Assembly (NCBI GenBank): GCA_965250035.1
Contig: OZ252282.1
Span: 2,472,515 to 2,536,514, forward strand
Length of the DNA stretch: 64,000 nt
Reading direction: 5' to 3'
Origin: Enterobacterales bacterium
GTDB lineage: Bacteria; Pseudomonadota; Gammaproteobacteria; Enterobacterales; GCA-2746155
The first letter of the stretch is position 1. The number at the start of each line of letters is the position of its first letter. The position numbers were made by a program, and so were the translations under genes. Below the pieces are notes generated by a model. The model saw only the letters and a program-made list of their open reading frames with translations. It did no database searches and had not been told where the DNA came from. This document shows, piece by piece, positions 1 through 9,727 of this stretch.

Positions 1-2
1 CA

Positions 3-176
3 GCCGCAGTGATTGCGTTTGCGGATAAATTACGCGGTGGTAAATACACGGCATCATTCAGCTTTGCAGACATTAAATCGTTAGCACTGGCTGGTAAGGG
101 TGATGACATATCAGGCCTGCGCGCCGAGTTTGGTCGCCTGATAGCATTAGCTGAAACCGTCCATAACGCAAGCTAG
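3..176 (+). CDS. 3' end of a gene running off the left edge; tail resembles YfbK-like vWA/DUF3520 proteins
   Basis: Frame 3 is open from the window edge to TAG 174-176 (AAVIAFADKLRGGKYTASFSFADIKSLALAGKGDDISGLRAEFGRLIALAETVHNAS). The LRxxKY...G.D..G.RxEF..L..A tail is recalled from vWA proteins that often neighbour ECF sigma pairs. The family call is from memory only. Confidence 0.45.
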   Translation, partial: AAVIAFADKLRGGKYTASFSFADIKSLALAGKGDDISGLRAEFGRLIALAETVHNAS

Positions 177-177
177 T

Positions 178-819
178 ATGATGCAGGAGCAGGCTAACTC
201 ATCGATGAATCGTCAGGTCAGCATTGCTGACCTGACTCGACATGGTATGATGCGCCTCATGGCACTCGATAGCACCCGCTCAAACGAAACTGACGAACAA
301 CTGATGCTTGCTTATCAGTCAGGTGAGCTGGTCGCCTTTGAAACCCTGTATCACAGACACAAGGCCGCAGTTTATCGCTTCATATTAAGGCACGGAATCG
401 ATGCCAGCAATGCTGAGGAATTGCTACAGGATGTCTGGTCTTCGATCATCAAGGCGCGAATAAACTACCAACCAAAGGCCAAGTTCACAACCTGGCTCTA
501 TCAAATTACCAGGAATCGTTTAATCGACCATTATCGGGCTCATCGAGAGCACATTCAGCTACTCGATAATGAGGTTGGGGAAGTGGGCGAGGAAACTGAT
601 TATGATGCAGAAAAGATCCGTGCAGGTTTTGCAAAGATTCATGTCATTATTCACAGCCTGCCCTTTCCTCAAAGACAAGCATTTTTACTACATTACGAAG
701 CCGGTTTGAGTGTACCCGAAGTGGCCGAAATCACACAGGAACACAGTGAGGCTGTGAAGAGCCGAATCCGCTATGCCGTGCAGAAACTGAAACAACTTCT
801 GGGGGTCGATGATGAATGA
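178..819 (+). CDS. ECF-type RNA polymerase sigma-70 family factor
   Basis: 213-aa ORF. Region 2 (LMLAYQSGELVAFETLYHRHKAAVYRFI, FTTWLYQITRNRLIDHYR) and the region 4 HTH (QRQAFLLHYEAGLSVPEVAEITQEHSEAVKSRIRYAVQKLK) are typical of the sigma-24/ECF family. An internal Met could be the true start. Confidence 0.9.
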   Translation: MMQEQANSSMNRQVSIADLTRHGMMRLMALDSTRSNETDEQLMLAYQSGELVAFETLYHRHKAAVYRFILRHGIDASNAEELLQDVWSSIIKARINYQPKAKFTTWLYQITRNRLIDHYRAHREHIQLLDNEVGEVGEETDYDAEKIRAGFAKIHVIIHSLPFPQRQAFLLHYEAGLSVPEVAEITQEHSEAVKSRIRYAVQKLKQLLGVDDE

Positions 820-1543
820 CGACGAGTTAAAATCCCTGTACAGGAATAGCAGTACTGAGCAACCCTCAGCCGAGACGGATGCCAGGATCCTCGCTGCGGC
901 AGCAGAAGAACTTGATGAGGCACAGGGCTCCACTAAGACAGTTACCGGCTGGCGACCAGTTTTCGCGACCGCGGCGAGTGTGACTCTGGTCGTGGCACTG
1001 GCATTCCAGCTAATGCCACAACAGCAACAGGAATGGCCAGAAATTGCACCCGCTGAAATCATGGTAGATGGCGAACAGGACAAGGCTGTGGAATCGCAGG
1101 AAATCACAACAGTCACCGGTGCGAGAATGCGGGCAGAAGAAGAGGTCACAGAGGCAGCTGCAAAAGTCAACTCCGCCCAATCATTCGCTGCTGCCCCTCA
1201 ATCGACCTCGCAAGAAGAACGCTCTGTGACTGATCAGGCACACTCCAGAGTAGATAAACTCCGCAGTGAACGAATTGCTAAGAGACAACTAGAAAGAAAA
1301 AAAGCACTGCAGGAACAAGCAACGCTAGCACAATCAGCCCCCTCACAAACATCAGAACCTCTGAGTCAAGCCGGATTGCAACAGGAATTACAACGCATCT
1401 TGTCATTATTCAAGGAGGGAGAGCGAAATGCCGCTGAGCTGGCATGGCAGCAGTTGCAGGAACGGCAAAAAAATAGCCCAACACAAGAGCCAAATAAGTC
1501 ATTATGGCAACAAGTTTCGCAATTATTTGTCTCAAACCAATGA
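809..1543 (+). CDS. putative membrane-anchored anti-sigma factor
   Basis: ATG 809 overlaps the sigma stop (817-819) by 11 nt. Short N-terminal segment, one predicted TM (WRPVFATAASVTLVVALAFQLM), and a Q/E/A-rich C-terminal part. The call rests on position and architecture; there is no diagnostic motif. Confidence 0.55.
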   Translation: MMNDDELKSLYRNSSTEQPSAETDARILAAAAEELDEAQGSTKTVTGWRPVFATAASVTLVVALAFQLMPQQQQEWPEIAPAEIMVDGEQDKAVESQEITTVTGARMRAEEEVTEAAAKVNSAQSFAAAPQSTSQEERSVTDQAHSRVDKLRSERIAKRQLERKKALQEQATLAQSAPSQTSEPLSQAGLQQELQRILSLFKEGERNAAELAWQQLQERQKNSPTQEPNKSLWQQVSQLFVSNQ

Positions 1544-1781
1544 AATAACATGGATTATAAGAATATCTGCAACAAATGATTTCCGGATTTCGTTGGAATC
1601 AGGCCTGTTTTTCAGTAAAATTCACCCCAACTACGCGCAATCTACGTATAAATCACTGAAATTATATTAGATAACGCAAATATAAAATCGGTTCCTCTCT
1701 GTCAAGATGGTGCGAATAGCATCCGAACTGATACTAAAACTTACCGAATTGGTAACTATTACATCTACTGGAGATTAGAAG

Positions 1782-2948
1782 ATGGCTTTACTTCGTAAGC
1801 TGAAGTTGTTTTTTGTGGCTTTGGTTTTGCTGCCGGTATCAACCCTGCTGGCGGCAGAATTCAATATGCCTGAAGGAGCAACTGAAATAAGTCAAATGGC
1901 CTATGACCTGCACATGATCGTGTTCTGGGTCGTGGTTTGGATTGGGATATTCACCTTCGGTGTGATGTTCTACAGCATGTGGGCACACCGTCGTGAGAAA
2001 AACCCCAACCCAGCAAAATTCAGCCACTCCACTACCGTTGAGATAATTTGGACTACCATTCCGTTCCTGATTCTGGTCGCTCTGGCATTTCCGGCTACAA
2101 ATGTACTGGTTCAGATGTACGATACAGAAACAGATGCCGACATGACTGTGTTGATCACTGGGTCTCAATGGAAATGGCATTACAAGTACCTCGACGGCGA
2201 TCAAAAAGACATCGAGTTCTTCAGTAATCTTTCTACTCCAAGAGACACAATCACTAACCTAAAGGTGAGCGAACTCAGCGCAGAGCAGCAGAGCACCTAT
2301 CTACTGGAAGTGGATAAGCCGCTGGTAATCCCTGTCGGTAAGAAAGTCCGCCTGCTGATGACGTCGGATGACGTGATTCACTCCTGGTGGGTTCCAGACT
2401 TTGCAGTGAAGAAAGACGCAATCCCCGGCTTCATTAACGAAGCCTGGACCAAAGTCGACCGGCCAGGCATTTTCCGTGGACAATGTACTGAACTATGCGG
2501 CAAAGACCACGGTTTCATGCCAATCGTAGTAGAAGTTAAAACTGAGTCAGATTATGCCGCTTGGATTGAGGATGTGCGTGAAGCCGAATTAGAAGCTCAA
2601 CGTGCCGCACTGGCCGATGCCTCAAAAGTCTGGACCATGGACGAGCTCATGAATATTGGTGAAGGTGCCTATAATGCACGTTGTGCAGCCTGCCACAAGG
2701 CAGATGGCACAGGAAACCCACCGCTGTTCCCTGCCCTTGCAGGCGCTGAATTCACCACCACGGGGCCTGTCGAAGATCATATTGACATCCTTCTTTATGG
2801 TCGAGCTGGCACGGCGATGCAAGCGTTCGCTGCTCAGCTAACAGATGCAGAAATTGCCGCAGTCGTCACCTACACCCGGAATGCCTGGGGTAATGACACG
2901 GGTGACATCGTACAACCTGCCGACGTTGCGGCACGAAAGAATCAATAA
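1782..2948 (+). CDS. coxB: cytochrome c oxidase subunit II with fused C-terminal cytochrome c domain
   Basis: SD GGAG upstream of the ATG. Signal peptide plus 2 TM, CuA site DVIHSWWVP...CTELCGKDHGFM, and a C-terminal haem c motif CAACH. Confidence 0.95.
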   Translation: MALLRKLKLFFVALVLLPVSTLLAAEFNMPEGATEISQMAYDLHMIVFWVVVWIGIFTFGVMFYSMWAHRREKNPNPAKFSHSTTVEIIWTTIPFLILVALAFPATNVLVQMYDTETDADMTVLITGSQWKWHYKYLDGDQKDIEFFSNLSTPRDTITNLKVSELSAEQQSTYLLEVDKPLVIPVGKKVRLLMTSDDVIHSWWVPDFAVKKDAIPGFINEAWTKVDRPGIFRGQCTELCGKDHGFMPIVVEVKTESDYAAWIEDVREAELEAQRAALADASKVWTMDELMNIGEGAYNARCAACHKADGTGNPPLFPALAGAEFTTTGPVEDHIDILLYGRAGTAMQAFAAQLTDAEIAAVVTYTRNAWGNDTGDIVQPADVAARKNQ

Positions 2949-2959
2949 GGGGAGTAATC

Positions 2960-4558
2960 ATGACAGCTGTTATTGATGATACAACCAAGGCGCATGATGA
3001 TCACGATCATCATGATCACAAGCCGACGGGTATAAAACGCTGGATATTCTCTACCAGCCACAAAGATATCGGTACCATGTACCTGATATTCTCGTTTGTT
3101 ATGTTCTTAACCGGTGGTGCCATGGCAATGGTCATCCGGGCCGAGCTATTCATGCCCGGCCTACAACTGGTTGAACCGAATTTCTTTAACCAGATGACCA
3201 CCATGCATGGTTTGATCATGGTATTCGGTGCCGTTATGCCGGCAACCGTTGGCCTTGCGAACTGGATGATTCCTCTGATGATTGGCGCGCCGGATATGGC
3301 TCTGCCACGCATGAATAACATGAGCTTCTGGATTCTGCCGTTTGCATTTACACTGCTCCTGTCTTCACTATTTATGGAAGGCGGTGCGCCAAACTTCGGC
3401 TGGACATTCTACGCACCATTGTCGACCACTTATGGCCCACCAAGCACAGACTTCTTCATCCTTGGTGTTCACATGATGGGGGTTTCCTCGATTCTGGGTG
3501 CTATTAACGTGATAGTAACCGTGGTTAATCTGCGTGCTCCTGGCATGACCTATATGAAAATGCCATTATTCGTATGGACCTGGTTCATCACAGCATTCCT
3601 ACTGGTTATGGTAATGCCTGTTCTCGCCGGTGCGGTCACCATGATGCTGACAGATCGCCACTTCGGTACCGCATTCTTTGATGCAGCGGGTGGTGGTGAT
3701 CCAGTGCTGTTCCAGCATATCTTCTGGTTCTTCGGACACCCTGAAGTGTATATTATGATTCTACCGGCCTTCGGTATTGCTTCAGCAATCATTCCAACCT
3801 TCTCACGTAAGCCACTGTTTGGTTATGCGTCGATGGTTTACGCCACGGCCAGTATTGCCCTGCTGTCATTCGTAGTATGGGCTCACCATATGTTCACAGT
3901 GGGAATGCCCCTCACGGCAGAATTGTTCTTCATGTACGCAACGGTACTGATTGCGGTTCCGACTGGTGTGAAAGTATTTAACTGGATTGCGACCATGTGG
4001 GATGGATCGATAACCTACGAGACACCCATGCTGTACGCATTGGCTTTCGTGATTCTGTTTACTATCGGAGGATTCTCTGGTGTGATGCTGGCAATGGCCC
4101 CAGTGGATATGCAATATCATGACACCTATTTCGTGGTAGCCCACTTCCATTATGTACTGTTCCCTGGAGCAATCTTCGGCACCATTGCGGCAGTCTACTA
4201 CTGGTTCCCTAAGTGGTCAGGAAAGATGTACAGCGAGAAGATTGCCAAGGTACAGTTCTGGTTATCGATTATATTCGTTAACCTGACCTTCTTCCCGATG
4301 CATTTCTCAGGATTGGCAGGTATGCCACGCCGAATCCCTGATTACCCGATACAGTTTGCTGACTTCAACATGCTGGCCAGTATCGGTGCATTCGGTCTTG
4401 GTCTGACACAGTTGCTATTCATATACAATCTGTGGGATGGCTACAGAAATGGTAAAAAAGCCACTGACCAGGTCTGGGAAGGAGCGGAAGGGCTAGAATG
4501 GACTGTCCCATCTCCTGCGCCATACCATACCTTTGAAGAGCCACCGGTAGTTAAGTAA
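2960..4558 (+). CDS. coxA: cytochrome c oxidase subunit I
   Basis: 532 aa, polytopic, with haem-copper oxidase signatures (WFFGHPEVYI, VWAHHMFTVG, HFHYV). Confidence 0.97.
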   Translation: MTAVIDDTTKAHDDHDHHDHKPTGIKRWIFSTSHKDIGTMYLIFSFVMFLTGGAMAMVIRAELFMPGLQLVEPNFFNQMTTMHGLIMVFGAVMPATVGLANWMIPLMIGAPDMALPRMNNMSFWILPFAFTLLLSSLFMEGGAPNFGWTFYAPLSTTYGPPSTDFFILGVHMMGVSSILGAINVIVTVVNLRAPGMTYMKMPLFVWTWFITAFLLVMVMPVLAGAVTMMLTDRHFGTAFFDAAGGGDPVLFQHIFWFFGHPEVYIMILPAFGIASAIIPTFSRKPLFGYASMVYATASIALLSFVVWAHHMFTVGMPLTAELFFMYATVLIAVPTGVKVFNWIATMWDGSITYETPMLYALAFVILFTIGGFSGVMLAMAPVDMQYHDTYFVVAHFHYVLFPGAIFGTIAAVYYWFPKWSGKMYSEKIAKVQFWLSIIFVNLTFFPMHFSGLAGMPRRIPDYPIQFADFNMLASIGAFGLGLTQLLFIYNLWDGYRNGKKATDQVWEGAEGLEWTVPSPAPYHTFEEPPVVK

Positions 4559-5118
4559 TGACAACTGCAGAAAAACCAAATCACTCAAAACTCGTCAAGC
4601 AGCTCCTGCTGCTTGTCGTGGGTATGTTTGGTTTTGGCTTCGCCATGGTGCCCTTGTATGAGGTGTTCTGTGAAATCACTGGGATTAATGGTAAGACCAG
4701 TGATGAAGCTGCCATCTACAGTGAGCAACTGGTCAACACAGATCGTGAGATTACTATCCAATTTGTTTCTGTTATCAAGCGTGGCATGCCCTGGCAATTC
4801 AAACCTCAAGTAAGCGAGATGAAAGTCAATCCAGGTCAAATTTACCAGACGGCCTGGATTGCAAAAAATACTTCCAATAAGGACTTAACGGGCCAGGCTA
4901 TTCCGAGTATCGCACCTGGCCTAGCTGCACTATACTTAAACAAAACAGAGTGTTTCTGTTTCAATGAACAGAAACTCAAGGCGCACGAGGAAGTCGAGAT
5001 GCCACTGGTTTTCTTCATCGATGAGGATGTACCAGAGGATGTCACGACCCTGACCTTGTCGTATAGTCTATTCAACATTACAGATAAAACAAAAACTGAG
5101 AGCGTTACTGGGCAGTAA
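4558..5118 (+). CDS. ctaG: cytochrome c oxidase assembly protein CtaG/Cox11
   Basis: TAATG overlap with the coxA stop. N-terminal TM and the Cox11 copper motif CFCF (TECFCFNEQKL). Confidence 0.9.
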   Translation: MTTAEKPNHSKLVKQLLLLVVGMFGFGFAMVPLYEVFCEITGINGKTSDEAAIYSEQLVNTDREITIQFVSVIKRGMPWQFKPQVSEMKVNPGQIYQTAWIAKNTSNKDLTGQAIPSIAPGLAALYLNKTECFCFNEQKLKAHEEVEMPLVFFIDEDVPEDVTTLTLSYSLFNITDKTKTESVTGQ

Positions 5119-5139
5119 CAGCAATCGTGGAGAAAAAAC

Positions 5140-6033
5140 ATGAGTGAGACAACAGGAACACCGCGTTATTACGTACCAGAGGGAAGCCCCTGGCCAATCG
5201 TCGGTGGAATTGGTTTATTTATAACCGCACTCGGTGGGGCGATGTTCATCCAGGAAAGCACCGCGCGTTATGCTAAAGATGGTTCAATTGGTGCAGTAAT
5301 CTTAACCATCGGCCTATGCACCATCTTCTTTATGATGTTTGGTTGGTGGCGTGACACGGTCCGTGAATCCCTCGCGAACATGAATTCAGCTCAATTGAGT
5401 ACCTCATATCGCCAGGGTATGATGTGGTTCATCACCTCTGAAGTCATGTTCTTCGCCTGTTTTTTCGGAGCACTGTATTACGCTAGAACACTCTCTGTGC
5501 CCTGGTTAGGCGGTGAGGGTAGTAATGCTATGACACATGCCATCTTATGGCCGGAGTTTGTACCACAGTGGCCCCTACTTTTGACGCCAGAAGGTCAGGC
5601 AACTGATACTATCGGTCCATGGGGATTGCCATTATTAAACACATTAATCCTGTTGACCTCATCGATTACTGTCACCATCGCTCACCACGCTGTCATTGAC
5701 GAGCATCGTGGTAAGTTGATTTGGGGCCTGGCTGGAACGGTTGCACTTGGTGTCATATTCTTGTGCGTCCAGACTTATGAATACATTCATCTTTATCGTG
5801 ATGTTGGTCTGACACTCGATGCAGGCATTTATGGTTCAACCTTCTTCATGTTGACAGGTTTTCACGGCCTGCATGTGACCATTGGTACTATCATGCTCTT
5901 TATCATGTTGATACGTTCGATTAAGGGCCATTTCACCAAAGATAATCACTTTGCGTTCGAAGCGACTGCCTGGTATTGGCACTTCGTTGACGTGGTGTGG
6001 TTGGGCTTGTTTATATTCGTCTACATTCTGTAA
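5140..6033 (+). CDS. coxC: cytochrome c oxidase subunit III
   Basis: 297 aa, 7-TM-like. Subunit III motifs FFMLTGFHGLHVTIG and AWYWHFVDVVWLGLF. Confidence 0.95.
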   Translation: MSETTGTPRYYVPEGSPWPIVGGIGLFITALGGAMFIQESTARYAKDGSIGAVILTIGLCTIFFMMFGWWRDTVRESLANMNSAQLSTSYRQGMMWFITSEVMFFACFFGALYYARTLSVPWLGGEGSNAMTHAILWPEFVPQWPLLLTPEGQATDTIGPWGLPLLNTLILLTSSITVTIAHHAVIDEHRGKLIWGLAGTVALGVIFLCVQTYEYIHLYRDVGLTLDAGIYGSTFFMLTGFHGLHVTIGTIMLFIMLIRSIKGHFTKDNHFAFEATAWYWHFVDVVWLGLFIFVYIL

Positions 6034-6054
6034 ACGAAGAGCTTGCATCCGAAC

Positions 6055-6081
6055 AAAAGCCGGTTGTATGCCGGCTTTTTT
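6055..6081 (+). terminator. rho-independent terminator after coxC
   Basis: Stem AAAGCCGG (6056-6063) pairs with CCGGCTTT (6071-6078), with a 7-nt loop, followed by a T-run to 6081. Confidence 0.65.
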
Positions 6082-6151
6082 ATTCGTTAACTTTTATGAA
6101 AGACATCACGTTAAATATGTAAATATTAATCGCGCCCGACAAGCACTATAA

Positions 6152-6373
6152 TTAGTTTATGTTCGGATTGACGCCATGGGGTTGTATATAGCCGAGTTTT
6201 ATAGCGACCATCAGGCCGATAATGAGTAGTATCGAAAGACCTATGCGCCAGGTTAATGCATTGACAGTCTGTTTGGCGTTGCCATTACCCTTTACCAGGG
6301 AAACAAGCCCCCTGAATAGACTGAAGACGATGATTAACAGCGCCACGACAATCAGAATTTTAGTAAATAACAT
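6152..6373 (-). CDS. twin transmembrane helix small protein (DUF2909)
   Basis: 73 aa with two hydrophobic helices. This small protein is commonly embedded in gammaproteobacterial cox clusters (recalled). Confidence 0.7.
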   Translation of the reverse strand: MLFTKILIVVALLIIVFSLFRGLVSLVKGNGNAKQTVNALTWRIGLSILLIIGLMVAIKLGYIQPHGVNPNIN

Positions 6374-6448
6374 TATTTCAACCTGCTAGTACGATGAACG
6401 AAGCTATACGAGAAAAATTCCCGCTAGATAAGAATAACCTGAATCACG

Positions 6449-7177
6449 ATGACCGATAGCAACTATAAAATACCTGTACTGGCAAGTCTATTAGCAATAA
6501 CGGGACTAGTGATTTTAGTTAATCTAGGACTTTGGCAACTTGAACGAGCGGACGAAAAGCGCCTTTTACTCGCGGAAATTGACAGACGTCAGAATCAAGC
6601 ACCGATAACACTGTCACAACTCGATAAAATCGAAGAAAAGGGCCATTATCATCTAACCATTTCGGGCCAGTTGTTGCAACAGTACACGCTCTATCTGGAC
6701 AACAGAATCGTATCAGGAAGACCCGGTTTTGAAGTGATTCATCCGGTTAGGATTGCTAATCGTGTCGTACTCGTCAATAGAGGTTGGATACCACTGCCTA
6801 TCGATAGAAGCGTGCTACCGGTGCTACCAAAACTAGCACAACAGATTGACGTGAAAGGCATTGTATACATTCCTACTGAGACAATCGTCCTGAAAGAGGA
6901 CGTCCTGAACTCAGAGGATGACTGGCCACAACTCATACAGGCGTTAGATATGCCTAAGTTGACCGCCCTCTATAAAGAACTGGGACTAAATATAGAACCC
7001 TGGATATTACGGCAAGATCCAGGGAACGACACTTTATTTGTTCAAGACTGGCATTATGTCAACATGCCACCTGAGCGGCATACAAGTTATGCTGTGACCT
7101 GGTTTGGACTAGCTATTGCATTAGTGATCATTTATATTGCCGCACTGCTGTCAAAGAAGGAGAAGCCTGTTGGCTAA
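6449..7177 (+). CDS. SURF1 family cytochrome oxidase biogenesis protein
   Basis: N- and C-terminal TMs. Motifs GLWQLERADEK and NRGWIP are typical of SURF1/Shy1. Confidence 0.85.
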   Translation: MTDSNYKIPVLASLLAITGLVILVNLGLWQLERADEKRLLLAEIDRRQNQAPITLSQLDKIEEKGHYHLTISGQLLQQYTLYLDNRIVSGRPGFEVIHPVRIANRVVLVNRGWIPLPIDRSVLPVLPKLAQQIDVKGIVYIPTETIVLKEDVLNSEDDWPQLIQALDMPKLTALYKELGLNIEPWILRQDPGNDTLFVQDWHYVNMPPERHTSYAVTWFGLAIALVIIYIAALLSKKEKPVG

Positions 7178-7781
7178 TAACCCTCATAAGCGCAAGAATC
7201 GCTTAACAATAATCATACTTTTAGCAGTTTTCGCACTGCCAATTTTGATTGCCTACGCCGCCTATTTTGGAGGCTGGTTTAAAGAGGTAGGTTCTTTCAA
7301 CAAGGGTGAGCTTATAAACCCAATCATTGATTTCAGAGAACTCAAGCCTACGATTGCCAATCAGCCAATACAGTTTATGACTGGTGAGAAATGGCGAATT
7401 ATTTTGCCAGTAAAGGATGAGGCCTGCTTACAATCTGAAGAAGTGGATGGGTGTTTACTCAGTCTGTACATTATGGGACAAGCCCATCAAGCACTCGGAA
7501 AAGAAAAAGATCGCGTCAAAAGACAGCTATACATTGGCGAGCAAATAATTGATCAGGTGCAACTCGCCGAGTTGCAAAAGCGATTTGTTGATTTGGAAGT
7601 AGCCAAAGGCTCGGCAATAGCGTCTAGTCGCTTAAATCCAGAATATATCTATATCGCAGATCCCCTTGGGAACATCATGTTACGATATCCTGTCATCAAG
7701 GATAAAGACAGCGCCTTCGTCAAAGGTAAAGACATATTGTATGATCTAAAGAAACTTTTAAGAATGTCGAGGATTGGTTAA
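7170..7781 (+). CDS. membrane-anchored hypothetical protein conserved inside cox clusters
   Basis: The ORF track starts at TTG 7137. In-frame TTG 7170 sits 7 nt after AAGGAG (7157-7162) and overlaps the SURF1 stop by 8 nt. The product has a basic N-terminus, one TM, and a soluble domain ending in IYIADPLGNIMLRYP (SCO/thioredoxin-like flavour but without CxxxC). Confidence 0.6.
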   Translation: MANNPHKRKNRLTIIILLAVFALPILIAYAAYFGGWFKEVGSFNKGELINPIIDFRELKPTIANQPIQFMTGEKWRIILPVKDEACLQSEEVDGCLLSLYIMGQAHQALGKEKDRVKRQLYIGEQIIDQVQLAELQKRFVDLEVAKGSAIASSRLNPEYIYIADPLGNIMLRYPVIKDKDSAFVKGKDILYDLKKLLRMSRIG

Positions 7782-8812
7782 TGAAGTACGCAAAGACTCG
7801 TCGACTGGCATTAATAGCCACCCTATTAACATTTGTTGTCATTATTCTAGGGGCAAAAACGCGTCTCACAGATGCCGGCCTGGGTTGTCCGGATTGGCCA
7901 GGTTGTTATGGCTACCTAACGGTTCCCAAGGATCAAGCGGCTATCGACTCGACCATTGCTCTTTATCAGGAACGTGCTCTGGAGAAACCAAAGGCCTGGA
8001 TGGAAATGGTGCATCGTTACTTTGCCGGAGCATTAGGCCTGTTGATTGGCGCTATCGCCATAATGTCTTGGATGCAGCGTAAAGAGAATCAGCACCCCGT
8101 GATGCTGCCGACGATTCTGCTACTCGTTGTTATTTTTCAAGCAGCACTTGGGGCCTGGACTGTGACGATGAAACTCAATCCGAGTATCGTGATGCTCCAC
8201 CTGCTCGGGGGATTTACAACCTTTTGTTTATTGTTCATTCTCAGCATTAAATTGTCGAAGGGTAATCAGCCATTTCGTATCAAGAAGACAACTGTTCAGG
8301 CGCTCAAGCCGTGGGCAATCATATCCCTCATCGTCGTGATAAGTCAGGTCGCTTTAGGTGGTTGGACTAGCGCGAACTATGCCGCAGAGATCTGTAATGG
8401 TTGGAATAGTTTGCCAATTTGTCAGGGAGACTGGACTCAGAGCTTAGATTTTAAAGAGGCCCTAAGGTTCTGGGGATTCGACTTACCTGCCAAAGGTCAT
8501 TTCGAGAATGGTCACCTTGAGGGCGCACCTCTGGTCACTATTCATGTCATGCACCGTATAGGCGCGATCGTCACGTTAGTTGTACTAGGGTTATTCGGCT
8601 GGCGCCTGCGTCAAGATTCCAATCAGCTATTGGTCGATTTCGGAACATTACTTTGGATTGTTCTCGCCGTGCAAATCGTTTTGGGAGTGAATAATGTCGT
8701 CTTCCAATTACCCCTTTGGAATGCTATCGCGCACAATGCAGTCGGTGCCCTGCTTCTGTTGACAGTGGTTGGTATCAACTACGTTTTATGGGCGCATAAG
8801 AAGCGTGGCTGA
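7781..8812 (+). CDS. ctaA: heme A synthase (COX15/CtaA)
   Basis: TAATG overlap with the preceding stop. RLTDAGLGCPDWPGCYG motif, multi-TM, with conserved His residues. Confidence 0.87.
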   Translation: MKYAKTRRLALIATLLTFVVIILGAKTRLTDAGLGCPDWPGCYGYLTVPKDQAAIDSTIALYQERALEKPKAWMEMVHRYFAGALGLLIGAIAIMSWMQRKENQHPVMLPTILLLVVIFQAALGAWTVTMKLNPSIVMLHLLGGFTTFCLLFILSIKLSKGNQPFRIKKTTVQALKPWAIISLIVVISQVALGGWTSANYAAEICNGWNSLPICQGDWTQSLDFKEALRFWGFDLPAKGHFENGHLEGAPLVTIHVMHRIGAIVTLVVLGLFGWRLRQDSNQLLVDFGTLLWIVLAVQIVLGVNNVVFQLPLWNAIAHNAVGALLLLTVVGINYVLWAHKKRG

Positions 8813-8813
8813 G

Positions 8814-9713
8814 ATGTCAAACACTGGCGCGACATGGCGTGACTATCTGGAGATGTGTAAACCGAAGGTCGTTGCGCTATTACTGCTGACGGCAGTTATC
8901 GGCATGTACCTCGCTACCCCCTATATGGTTCCGTTCGATATACTAATCTTCGGTACACTGGGTATTGGTATGGCATCGGGTGCTGCAGCGGTCGTTAATC
9001 ATGTGGTGGATCGCAGGATTGATGCCATCATGATGCGTACTGACACCAGACCAATACCTAAAGGCAAGGTAGCCCCGGTACAAGCGATCATATTTGCTAC
9101 GCTGATGAGTATCGCCTCAATGTTGATTCTTTATCATCTGGTGAACCCCTTGACTGCCTGGTTGACCTTGTTCGGTCTAGTTGGCTATGCCTTCATCTAT
9201 ACCATGTATTTAAAGCGTGCTACGCCTCAAAATATTGTCATCGGAGGTATATCCGGAGCGATTCCCCCACTACTCGGCTGGACCGCAGTAACAGGCGCGA
9301 ATGGCGAAATACCACCACACGCACTACTACTGGTATTAATCATCTACACCTGGACACCGCCTCATTTCTGGGCATTGTCTATTCATAGGGTGGATGACTA
9401 TGCCAAGGCTGAAATCCCGATGTTGCCAGTCACACATGGCATCGAATTCACTAAGACCTGCATCTTGCTATATACGGTCTTGTTAATTATCACAACCGTA
9501 CTGCCCTGGCTGGTTGGTATGAGCGGCATGATATACCTGGTGGGTGCTCTGATACTAGGTGCCATTTTCCTGAAATATACCATCGAACTGAAGTACTTTG
9601 ATAAACCAAAGCTAGCAATCAAAACATTTGGCTGGTCGATTACATACCTAATGCTATTATTCATCCTAATGCTAGTTGACCACTATTTCTTTTATAATCC
9701 GCTTAACATTTAA
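8814..9713 (+). CDS. cyoE: protoheme IX farnesyltransferase (heme O synthase)
   Basis: UbiA-family polytopic protein (YLEMCKPKVV..., NHVVDRRID). ATG 8814 lies 2 nt after the ctaA stop. The track start at 8769 would overlap ctaA. Confidence 0.9.
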   Translation: MSNTGATWRDYLEMCKPKVVALLLLTAVIGMYLATPYMVPFDILIFGTLGIGMASGAAAVVNHVVDRRIDAIMMRTDTRPIPKGKVAPVQAIIFATLMSIASMLILYHLVNPLTAWLTLFGLVGYAFIYTMYLKRATPQNIVIGGISGAIPPLLGWTAVTGANGEIPPHALLLVLIIYTWTPPHFWALSIHRVDDYAKAEIPMLPVTHGIEFTKTCILLYTVLLIITTVLPWLVGMSGMIYLVGALILGAIFLKYTIELKYFDKPKLAIKTFGWSITYLMLLFILMLVDHYFFYNPLNI

Positions 9714-9727
9714 TCCATGAGAATCCT

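Noticed and set aside
688-1170. 160-aa minus-strand ORF over the sigma/anti-sigma genes. Similar antisense ORFs lie at 12342-12848, 27483-27890, 35426-35809, 54903-55304, 62897-63250 and 63580-63996.
   Set aside because: Each is fully nested opposite a gene with a clear family assignment. None has an SD or a recognisable motif. All have skewed composition typical of antisense frames.
7774-8082. 102-aa plus-strand ORF overlapping the 5' part of ctaA in another frame.
   Set aside because: The ctaA frame carries the conserved CPDWPGCYG motif and is translationally coupled to the upstream gene. The alternative frame has no support.
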